This document shows, piece by piece, positions 20,414 to 28,054 of a stretch of 64,000 bases of DNA (within the stretch, counting starts at the first letter, position 1; every line of letters begins with the position of its first letter). A program made the translations under genes and the position numbers. Under the pieces are notes generated by a model, which saw only the letters and a list, made by a program, of their open reading frames with translations, was not told where the DNA came from and searched no databases. The DNA comes from Thermodesulfobacteriota bacterium (GTDB lineage: Bacteria > Desulfobacterota_D > UBA1144 > Nemesobacterales > Nemesobacteraceae): positions 140,549-204,548 of the forward strand of contig OZ219814.1 of assembly GCA_964291665.2 (NCBI GenBank), in the 5' to 3' direction.

Positions 20414-20456
20414 AATTATATACTTGATTACCCTTCGTACAATCAAGTATATAATT
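20414..20456. promoter_or_regulatory. Perfect 16-bp inverted repeat (AATTATATACTTGATT - 11 nt - AATCAAGTATATAATT) in a divergent intergenic region
   Basis: Read directly from the sequence. Each arm carries TTGATT and TATATAAT in opposite orientation, giving a TTGATT-18-TATATA promoter on both strands. Confidence 0.5.
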
Positions 20457-20487
20457 CCATACTTGTTACGGCTAATTGGAGGTAAAA

Positions 20488-20703
20488 ATGCCCCTATACG
20501 AATATGAATGCTGTGATTGCGGAGAAGAGTTTGAAGTCCTGGTGCTTGATTCCGGTGAAATCATAAAGTGTGTGAGTTGCGACTCGCAGAACATCGGAAA
20601 ACAGTTCTCGACTTTCGGGCTTGGAGGCAGTGACGGGAGCACCGAAATTTCCGAGAGCGGGGATTCGGGATGCTGCTCGCAATCGTCCTGCTGTTGCTGC
20701 TGA
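20488..20703 (+). CDS. FmdB-family zinc-ribbon protein with a poly-Cys C-terminus
   Basis: Start at ATG 20488, 7 nt after GGAGG. MPLYEYECCDCGEEFEV...CVSCDS gives the two CxxC knuckles. The tail is GDSGCCSQSSCCCC. Confidence 0.75.
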   Translation: MPLYEYECCDCGEEFEVLVLDSGEIIKCVSCDSQNIGKQFSTFGLGGSDGSTEISESGDSGCCSQSSCCCC

Positions 20704-20787
20704 TTTCCCGAGGTAATTGCACAAAATTTATCTCTGTATATAATTAACCTTTCATTTTAAAACACCCGATGGAGGATCGGTTCACAA

Positions 20788-22077
20788 ATGTGCGATAGTG
20801 ACAAAGATATGAAGGAAGCCGCCCTTGAATATCATAGAAGCGGTAGAAAAGGAAAACTTGAAGTAATACCGACAAAGCCCTGCGATACAGCTTGGGAACT
20901 TTCCCTTGCGTACTCTCCAGGAGTCGCCGAGCCCTGCAGGGAAATAGACAAAGACGAGAATCTCTCTTATGAATACACCAACAGAGGGAACCTGGTCGCG
21001 GTAGCATCAAACGGTACCGCCATACTCGGACTCGGAAACTTAGGGGCCCTCGCGGGGAAACCCGTAATGGAAGGAAAAGGAGTTCTTTTCAAGAAGTTCG
21101 CAGACGTTGACGCCTACGACATTGAAATAGATACCGATGACCCCGACGAATTCATAAAGACGGTAAAATACCTCGAGCCCACTTTCGGCGGTATTAACCT
21201 CGAAGATATAAAAGCCCCTGAATGCTTCTACATAGAAGATAAGCTGAAAGAAGAGATGGACATACCCGTCTTTCACGACGATCAGCACGGGACCGCTATA
21301 ATATCGGGCGCCGGACTTCTTAACGCCTGTGAGATTACCGGGAAAAAGATGAGTGAGCTCAAAATGGCGTTTAACGGCGCCGGAGCGTCCGCAATCGCGT
21401 GCGCCGAGTTCTTCATAGCCCTCGGGGCGAAAAGGGAAAACATAATAATGTGCGACAGCAGGGGCGTAATCTACAAGGGGAGAAACGCGGGGCTTAACCC
21501 CCAGAAAGAAAGATTCCTTGTTGAAACGGACAGAAGAACCATAGGGGACGCGCTGGTCGGGGCCGACGTGTTTGTCGGACTCTCAAATGGCGGAGCCATT
21601 AATCAGGAAAACGTGAAGAGCATGGCGAAAAATCCCATAATATTCGCCATGGCGAATCCCGACCCCGAAATACTCCCCGTAGACGCAAAGGAAGCCAGAA
21701 GCGACGTAATAACCGCCACGGGACGTTCCGACTTCGCAAACCAGGTGAACAACGTTCTGGGATTCCCCTTTATCTTCAGGGGAGCGCTTGACGTAAGGGC
21801 GACAAAAATAAACGATGAAATGAAAGTGGCAGCGGCATACTCACTCGCGGCGCTCGCAAAGGAGCCCGTACCGGATAAGGTGGCCAAGGCCTACGGAAAC
21901 CAGAAATTTGAGTTCGGCCCGGACTATATAGTCCCGAAACCATTTGATCCCAGAGTTCTGGTATGGGAGTCAGCCGCGGTCGCGCAAGCCGCAATGGAAA
22001 CCGGCGTTTCCAGGATCAAGATCAATCTTGATGCTTATAAAAAGTCTCTTGAAGACAAGATAAAAGATCTGCTCTAA
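20788..22077 (+). CDS. maeB: NAD(P)-dependent malic enzyme (short form, no phosphotransacetylase-like domain)
   Basis: 429 aa. AALEYHR...GKLEV start, dinucleotide-binding [10 protein letters not shown], and the conserved [20 protein letters not shown]. Confidence 0.9.
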   Translation: MCDSDKDMKEAALEYHRSGRKGKLEVIPTKPCDTAWELSLAYSPGVAEPCREIDKDENLSYEYTNRGNLVAVASNGTAILGLGNLGALAGKPVMEGKGVLFKKFADVDAYDIEIDTDDPDEFIKTVKYLEPTFGGINLEDIKAPECFYIEDKLKEEMDIPVFHDDQHGTAIISGAGLLNACEITGKKMSELKMAFNGAGASAIACAEFFIALGAKRENIIMCDSRGVIYKGRNAGLNPQKERFLVETDRRTIGDALVGADVFVGLSNGGAINQENVKSMAKNPIIFAMANPDPEILPVDAKEARSDVITATGRSDFANQVNNVLGFPFIFRGALDVRATKINDEMKVAAAYSLAALAKEPVPDKVAKAYGNQKFEFGPDYIVPKPFDPRVLVWESAAVAQAAMETGVSRIKINLDAYKKSLEDKIKDLL

Positions 22078-22116
22078 GAAAAAAACCGACATTTTGCAAG
22101 ATTATCTCAATCTTCC

Positions 22117-22153
22117 GGCTAACTGCCTTCCGCAAGACGGAAGACAGTTAGCC
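22117..22153 (+). other. Strong stem-loop (16-bp stem, one C-A mismatch, 5-nt loop) between maeB and the HAD gene
   Basis: GGCTAACTGCCTTCCG-caaga-CGGAAGACAGTTAGCC. There is no U-tract, so it is not a canonical intrinsic terminator. Confidence 0.4.
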
Positions 22154-22170
22154 AACCTCTATCCGGTCCA

Positions 22171-22836
22171 TTGATAAAAGCGGTCATATTTGATATGGAT
22201 GGAGTCATAATAGACAGCGAACCCCTCTGGGAAAAAAGCGAGTCTATTATGCTCAAGCAAAAGGGGTTTGCGGGCAACGAAAGTTACAGGAAGGAATACA
22301 GAAAGAAGATAATGGGTCTTAACCAGAAAGACTCCGTAAAACTTCTCAAAGAAACTTTCGGCCTTGATGAATCCCCAGAGGAAATTCTCCGCACCCGTCT
22401 TAAGATCCTTCTCGAACTTTACGAAAAAGAACTCAAACTCGTTGACGGGATTCCCGAGATCCTTCAAATTCTAAGTGCCGAGAAACACACAAAGACAGCT
22501 CTCGCTTCGGGTTCCCCGATGAAAGTAATAGAGTTTGTTCTCAAAAAATTCTCTCTTTCGGACACTTTCAGAATAAAAGTTTCCGGGGACTGCGTGGAAA
22601 GAGGGAAACCTCACCCAGACATATACATTGAAACCGCAAGACGTCTCGGGGTCAGTACCGAAGAGTGCGTTGCCATTGAAGATTCCATAAACGGTATAGT
22701 GTCAGCCAAAGAGGCCGGCATGCGTTGTATCGCAGTGCCCGACCCGAGAATAGCCCCAGAAGATTACCCCCATGCCGACATCTTCAGAAAAAGTGTTTCA
22801 GAAATCCGCCTTGAAGACATAAAGAGCTTTGCTTAA
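22171..22836 (+). CDS. HAD-superfamily phosphatase (subfamily IA)
   Basis: 221 aa with a TTG start. Motif I FDMDGVIIDS. The N-terminus is nearly identical to the HAD protein at 14860-15540. Confidence 0.78.
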   Translation: MIKAVIFDMDGVIIDSEPLWEKSESIMLKQKGFAGNESYRKEYRKKIMGLNQKDSVKLLKETFGLDESPEEILRTRLKILLELYEKELKLVDGIPEILQILSAEKHTKTALASGSPMKVIEFVLKKFSLSDTFRIKVSGDCVERGKPHPDIYIETARRLGVSTEECVAIEDSINGIVSAKEAGMRCIAVPDPRIAPEDYPHADIFRKSVSEIRLEDIKSFA

Positions 22837-23825
22837 AAAGGTCTTGGACCTGGAGCCATGAATTCCGGACCTATGGGATTCGGAACGAAAGTATCGAGTA
22901 TTGCGTCTATTTCATTCATAGAGTCATCGTCTATGGTCCACCCTAAGGTGCCCGCAAGATCATCGAGCTGGCCCGGGCGTCTCGCTCCCCAGAGAGTGAT
23001 ATCGTTTTTGCATTTATCGAGAACCCACCTTACTGAAAGTTCAAGCACGTTCTTTCCGAAACGCTCGGAGGCAAGTTCCCCCAGCTTTTCAACAGCGCCA
23101 AGATAATTATCATAGACGGGCTTTCGGAACTTGGGATCAAAATTTCTTATGTCGTCTCCCGGAAACTCGGAGTCGGTCTTAAGCTTCCCGCCCAGAAGTC
23201 CCCTGCACAAAGCCCCGTAGAGAAGCATTGTAACCCCTTGCTCCTCACACCAGGGAAGCACATCATCCTCAACCCCTCTCTCGAAAAGATTGTAAGGAGG
23301 CTGACTCGAGTTAAGCGGGCATACGGAGCGGAAAACCTCCATCTGCTCAACCGAATAGTTGCTTACTCCGACAGACCTTATCTTTCCGCTTTCAATGAGT
23401 TCCGCCATGGCTTGCGCGGTTTCCTCAACGGGCGTAAGCGGGTCTGGCCAGTGAATCTGGTAAAGATCTATCCGGTCGGTGCGCAGTCTTCTGAGAGAAT
23501 CGTCAACCTCCTTGCGTATCCTCTCCGGGAGGGAATTTCTGAATATTCCTCCTCTCTCCCACTCAAGCCCTACTTTCGTTGCGATTACAAGTTCATCCCT
23601 CATCCCGCTCTGATAAACCGCTTCCCCCACGATTTCTTCTGAGAGACCAAAACCGTAGATAGGAGCCGTGTCAATCAGATTCACCTCGTTATCAAACGCC
23701 TTGTATATCGTTCTCACGCATTCTTTCCTGTCGCTTCCTCCCCAGAGCCACCCTCCCATCGCCCAAGTCCCTAGACCGACCCTCGACGAATTTATTTCCG
23801 TACCGGCAATTTTTACGAATTCCAT
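22833..23825 (-). CDS. Aldo/keto reductase
   Basis: 330 aa. GLGTWAMGG, IDTAPIYG and the AKR catalytic tetrad context. The start overlaps the otsAB stop by 1 nt (TAATG). Confidence 0.85.
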   Translation of the reverse strand: MEFVKIAGTEINSSRVGLGTWAMGGWLWGGSDRKECVRTIYKAFDNEVNLIDTAPIYGFGLSEEIVGEAVYQSGMRDELVIATKVGLEWERGGIFRNSLPERIRKEVDDSLRRLRTDRIDLYQIHWPDPLTPVEETAQAMAELIESGKIRSVGVSNYSVEQMEVFRSVCPLNSSQPPYNLFERGVEDDVLPWCEEQGVTMLLYGALCRGLLGGKLKTDSEFPGDDIRNFDPKFRKPVYDNYLGAVEKLGELASERFGKNVLELSVRWVLDKCKNDITLWGARRPGQLDDLAGTLGWTIDDDSMNEIDAILDTFVPNPIGPEFMAPGPRPF

Positions 23826-26059
23826 TACTTCCGCCTCTTGTTCCTTCTGGTTTCAGAAGGCAAATCCTCCATTTCGCGAGTTGCCTCCACCAGCGAGAAA
23901 AGAAGGTTTCTCGCCTCGGCGGTTGAGCGGACTCTGTATTTGGCTTTTGACGGTCCGAAACCTACTTTTATGGAATAGGCATCTTCGGGAAGCTGCTCAA
24001 AAATGTCCTCATCCGTCCAATCATCTCCTATCGATATGATAAGGTCCCATTTTTTCGCTTTTAGCCACTGAGTAGCCGCCTTGCCCTTGTTTACGAAAGA
24101 GCCTTTGATCTCCACGACCTTGTTTCCTTCCAGAACTCCGACCTCTAGATTCGCAGTTATGTGCGACAGCATGTCCTTAAGCTCCCCTACTCTCACTATT
24201 GAAAGTGCCGGGTCAACCTTTCTGTAGTGCCAAGCCAGTGAGAAATTTTTCTCCTCGATAAGCGACCCTGGAGTCCTGTCGACAAACACTTCCAGTATGG
24301 GTCTTATTTCTTCCTTCCATCCCTCTGGAGCAATATCGGACATTTTCCACTTCCCGCGTTTTATCCAAAGACCGTGTTCGGCCGCAAGACCATTCGTCAC
24401 ATCCCCGAGCCACTTGGCAAGAGTGTTTTTGTCTCTGCCACTTATGATGACAAGCTCATTTTTTTCCCTCAAGGAAAGTTCCTTAAGAGCGGAATAGATT
24501 TCCGGATCAGGTTTCGCATCCTGCGGATTATTCTTGAAGGAGACGAGAGAACCATCGTAATCAAGCAGAAAAAGACACTTCTTACTCGCCCTGTATTTTT
24601 CGATCAGTTCGCCTGTCATTTCCAGACTGAATCTTCGGGCAAACATCTTAAGTTGCCTTTCCTTTGTTTCATCTAGTCTCTCCATGAAGTCCGCCGTCCA
24701 TGTCCTGATATCGTATCTGCTGAGACGACTCTGCATCGCCCTCATCCGTCTTTTCTGCTCCGTCTTGGTCATGGAAAGGGCAGTTTCGAGTGCCCGTGAA
24801 GTGGATTCTAGGTCATTGGGGTTTATGATTATGGCTTCGCTCAATTCCTGTGCAGTTCCGGCCATCTCACCCAGTATGAGCACGCCTGCCTTGTTCTGTC
24901 TCGCGGCCACATACTCCTTGGCAATCAGGTTCATACCGTCGCGAAGAGGTGTAATGAAAAGGACGTCCGCCGCCAAGTAAAGGGAGATCAGGTCCTCGAA
25001 ACCAAAAGATCTGTACATGTAGTGAATCGGGTTCCAGCCGATCGTTCCGTAGCGACCGTTTATCGCGCCGACCATGTTGTCAACTTCGTTTTTCAGTATC
25101 TTGTAGTGAACGACCTCGGTTCTCGAAGGCACCGCGACAAGCAAAAGAACCACCTCGCCCCTTATCTTCGGGTTTTTCTCAAGGAAAAGATCAAAGGCCC
25201 TGAGTCTCTCCGGAATTCCCTTTGAGTAATCAAGACGGTCTATGGAGAGAATGATCTTCTGATCAGTACCTAAAAGATCTATAAACTCGTCTTTTCTTTT
25301 CTGAATGCCTCGTTTCTTTGGGGCGGAGGAAAATTTCGCGTAGTCGATTCCCATAGGAAAAGTATCGGTTCTTATCTCTCTTTCCCCGATTATAAACCGT
25401 CCCAGGGAGTGCTCGTGTCCAAGTATCCTCCTCACGCTTTCGGCAAAATGTCTTACGTAGTCAAAGGTGTGAAAACCTATCAGATCAGCCCCGGTAAGCC
25501 CCTGTATTATCTCCCGGCACCACGGAATAAGTCTGAAAATCTCTGAAGATGGAAAAGGTATGTGCAGAAAGAAACCGATGCTTGATCTGGGCAGTTGTTT
25601 TTTTACAAGGTCGGGAACGAGCATCAGGTGGTAATCGTGAATCCAGATGTAGTCCCCTTCATCCGCCACATCAAGTATGGCATTTGCGAATTTGTTGTTC
25701 ACCCTGATGTATGACTCCCAGAACTCTTTTTTATAAGTTCCATACTGGACGAAATAATGGAAGATAGGCCATATCACCTCGTTGCAGAATCCCTGGTAAT
25801 AGTCTTTTACCTCTTCGGCGCTTAGACCCACGGAATAGAAGTTTTCCTCTCCGAGGCGTCGCTCCACCTCCGCAATCTGTTCCCCGGACAGACTCCCGTA
25901 ATCTATCCCCGGCCATCCTATCCAGCATTTTTCGTAATCGGTATCAAGAGAACTCAGCCCCGTAGCCACACCCCCCATGCTCGGATCAAAAAAAAGCTTT
26001 CCGTTCTCCTGCCGAACGGTCGTCGGCAATCTGTTGGACACTATGATGAGCTTTTTCAT
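23825..26059 (-). CDS. otsA: Bifunctional trehalose-6-phosphate synthase / phosphatase (OtsA-OtsB fusion)
   Basis: 744 aa. GT20 N-terminal domain (LIIVSNRLP..., HDYHL) plus a C-terminal HAD-type TPP domain (LFLLDYDGSL). Confidence 0.9.
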   Translation of the reverse strand: MKKLIIVSNRLPTTVRQENGKLFFDPSMGGVATGLSSLDTDYEKCWIGWPGIDYGSLSGEQIAEVERRLGEENFYSVGLSAEEVKDYYQGFCNEVIWPIFHYFVQYGTYKKEFWESYIRVNNKFANAILDVADEGDYIWIHDYHLMLVPDLVKKQLPRSSIGFFLHIPFPSSEIFRLIPWCREIIQGLTGADLIGFHTFDYVRHFAESVRRILGHEHSLGRFIIGEREIRTDTFPMGIDYAKFSSAPKKRGIQKRKDEFIDLLGTDQKIILSIDRLDYSKGIPERLRAFDLFLEKNPKIRGEVVLLLVAVPSRTEVVHYKILKNEVDNMVGAINGRYGTIGWNPIHYMYRSFGFEDLISLYLAADVLFITPLRDGMNLIAKEYVAARQNKAGVLILGEMAGTAQELSEAIIINPNDLESTSRALETALSMTKTEQKRRMRAMQSRLSRYDIRTWTADFMERLDETKERQLKMFARRFSLEMTGELIEKYRASKKCLFLLDYDGSLVSFKNNPQDAKPDPEIYSALKELSLREKNELVIISGRDKNTLAKWLGDVTNGLAAEHGLWIKRGKWKMSDIAPEGWKEEIRPILEVFVDRTPGSLIEEKNFSLAWHYRKVDPALSIVRVGELKDMLSHITANLEVGVLEGNKVVEIKGSFVNKGKAATQWLKAKKWDLIISIGDDWTDEDIFEQLPEDAYSIKVGFGPSKAKYRVRSTAEARNLLFSLVEATREMEDLPSETRRNKRRK

Positions 26060-26065
26060 GAAAAC

Positions 26066-26077
26066 TTATTATAATAA
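26066..26077. promoter_or_regulatory. 12-bp palindrome TTATTATAATAA supplying a TATAAT on both strands between otsAB and ccmG
   Basis: Read directly from the sequence. On the minus strand the TATAAT lies 8 nt upstream of the otsAB ATG. Confidence 0.3.
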
Positions 26078-26141
26078 ACGGGGCAGTTGCAGGAATAATA
26101 ACCAAAAGAAAACTTAAGGCTAGAAAGAACAGGTTCCTTAT

Positions 26142-26705
26142 ATGAAAATATCAAACGCGGTACCGAAGATTATTACAGTCCTTATCATAGCCCTGCTTGC
26201 CTACACGCTCTGGAACGGGCTTTCGGATAAGGGAAATATTCAGACTCCCTCGCAGCTCGTAGGGGAACCCGCACCCGAGTTTGTGCTGGAATCGTTTAGC
26301 GGGGAGAAGATAAGGCTTTCTGATTTTCGGGGAAAGACATTGCTTGTGAATTTCTGGGCATCCTGGTGTCATCCCTGCAGAGAGGAGGCTCCCGAGCTTG
26401 AGAGAGCTTACATGTCTCTTTCGGGCAATCAGGTTGAGTTCATAGGAATAAACATAATGGACGACAGGAAAAGCGCTGAGGAATACGTAAAATCGTTCGG
26501 GGGAAGCTTTGTCAACATTTACGACCCGGAGAACAGGGTACATCTGGATTACGGAGTGGGAGGGGTTCCGGAGACCTTCTTCGTAAATCCCGAGGGGATC
26601 ATAACAGGCAAGCACAGAGGTCCGCTTACCGAAAAGATGATCATGAGCTATATAAAGAACGCAACTGTTTACAACGGGCAGAGCCGGAGAACTGAAAATC
26701 CGTGA
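26142..26705 (+). CDS. ccmG: Thiol:disulfide oxidoreductase CcmG/DsbE (TlpA family)
   Basis: 187 aa. N-terminal membrane anchor, WASWCHPCREE active site and GVGGVPETFFV motif. GTGA overlap with ccmH. Confidence 0.8.
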   Translation: MKISNAVPKIITVLIIALLAYTLWNGLSDKGNIQTPSQLVGEPAPEFVLESFSGEKIRLSDFRGKTLLVNFWASWCHPCREEAPELERAYMSLSGNQVEFIGINIMDDRKSAEEYVKSFGGSFVNIYDPENRVHLDYGVGGVPETFFVNPEGIITGKHRGPLTEKMIMSYIKNATVYNGQSRRTENP

Positions 26706-27100
26706 ACCGTTTTTTTCACAAGATCCTGAGTGGGGGGCTTGTTCTGTCCCTAGCCCTTTTTCTCGCCTTCCAAGTAAATGCGGATACACTCGAAGACCAG
26801 ATTGCCGAAATATCGGGAGAACTTATGTGCCCAGTGTGCGAGGGGCAGAGCGTCGCGGAATCAAACGCCCAGCTTGCCAGGGACATGAGGGCCGTCATAA
26901 AAACAAAGTTGCTTGAAGGCAAGTCAAAGGAAGAGATAATAGACTACTTCGTCTCAAGCTATGGAGAAACTATTCTCGCATCTCCTCCTGCCAGAGGATT
27001 CAGCGTCATATTATGGCTCTTGCCCGTACTTTCCGTACTTATCGGCGGGGCGATAATCCTGAGAACCGTTTACTCATACAGGGTTGAGGAAAAAGAATAG
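26702..27100 (+). CDS. ccmH: Cytochrome c-type biogenesis protein CcmH
   Basis: 132 aa with a GTG start. Signal or anchor segment, CPVCEGQSVAESNAQLARDMR (the CcmH LRCxxC-type motif region), and a C-terminal TM. Confidence 0.8.
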   Translation: MNRFFHKILSGGLVLSLALFLAFQVNADTLEDQIAEISGELMCPVCEGQSVAESNAQLARDMRAVIKTKLLEGKSKEEIIDYFVSSYGETILASPPARGFSVILWLLPVLSVLIGGAIILRTVYSYRVEEKE

Positions 27101-27112
27101 TCGCGGAGACGA

Positions 27113-28045
27113 TCAGCGGAAAAACTCTCTACATGCCTCAAGTATCGGGGCATTCCCTCTTCCGGAGTCAAACCACTTTATGTCTTCATCCGCACGAAGC
27201 CAAGTAGACTGTCTTTTGGAAAACCTTTTCGTATCCGTCTTTATTTTTTCAACCGCCGTCTTGAAATCAAGCCGACCGTCCAGAAATTCGTTTATCCGCT
27301 TGTAACCTATAGCCTTCATAGGCTTTAAGTCGGGTCCGTATCCCCTGGCCCTTATAGCTTCTACTTCTTCAACCCAGCCACGGTCGATCATTTCGTCAAC
27401 CCTTTCGTCTATAGCGCGGCGCAGCCGCTCCCGCTCCCCGAGGAGACCTATCTTAAGCGCATTAAATCTCTGTTCTCCAAAACCGTGGCGCCGATGATGA
27501 TCCGACATGCGCTCGCCTGTTGTGTGATATACCTCGAGTGCCCGCTCAATTCTCACGTAATCGTTCGGATTTATCCGTTCTGCGGACACCGGATCTACAG
27601 CATCAAGCTTTTTGTGAAGCCACGCCACTCCTTTTTCATCTCTCTGCCGAGCGAGGCGCCTTCTGAATTCACGATCAATCTCAACACCTTCGAGAAGCCC
27701 GTAAAGAAGAGCCTTTACGTAAAGAAAAGTTCCCCCGACGACAACTATTTTCCTGCCGTTCTCGACAAGCCCCCTGACCTGCTCAAGGGCGAGTCTCATG
27801 TACGTGCCGGCGTTAAAATCCTCATCGGGATCCGCAACATCTATAAGGAAATGGGGAGTTCCCCGTCTTTGCTCCTCGGTGGGCTTGGCGCTGCCTATAT
27901 CGAAATGCCGGTAGACCTGAACGGAATCGGCGCTCAGTATACAAGCGCCGGTTCTGCCAGCTATTTCAAGCGCCGTTTCGGTCTTGCCCGAAGCCGTCGG
28001 CCCCAAAACAACGACCAGCTTCGGTTTTTCCCGGGAAAGACTCAA
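27113..28045 (-). CDS. miaA: tRNA dimethylallyltransferase
   Basis: 310 aa. P-loop GPTASGKT and conserved MiaA blocks (DSVQVYR, GGTFLY). Confidence 0.92.
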   Translation of the reverse strand: MSLSREKPKLVVVLGPTASGKTETALEIAGRTGACILSADSVQVYRHFDIGSAKPTEEQRRGTPHFLIDVADPDEDFNAGTYMRLALEQVRGLVENGRKIVVVGGTFLYVKALLYGLLEGVEIDREFRRRLARQRDEKGVAWLHKKLDAVDPVSAERINPNDYVRIERALEVYHTTGERMSDHHRRHGFGEQRFNALKIGLLGERERLRRAIDERVDEMIDRGWVEEVEAIRARGYGPDLKPMKAIGYKRINEFLDGRLDFKTAVEKIKTDTKRFSKRQSTWLRADEDIKWFDSGRGNAPILEACREFFR

Positions 28046-28054
28046 CTGTGCGGG

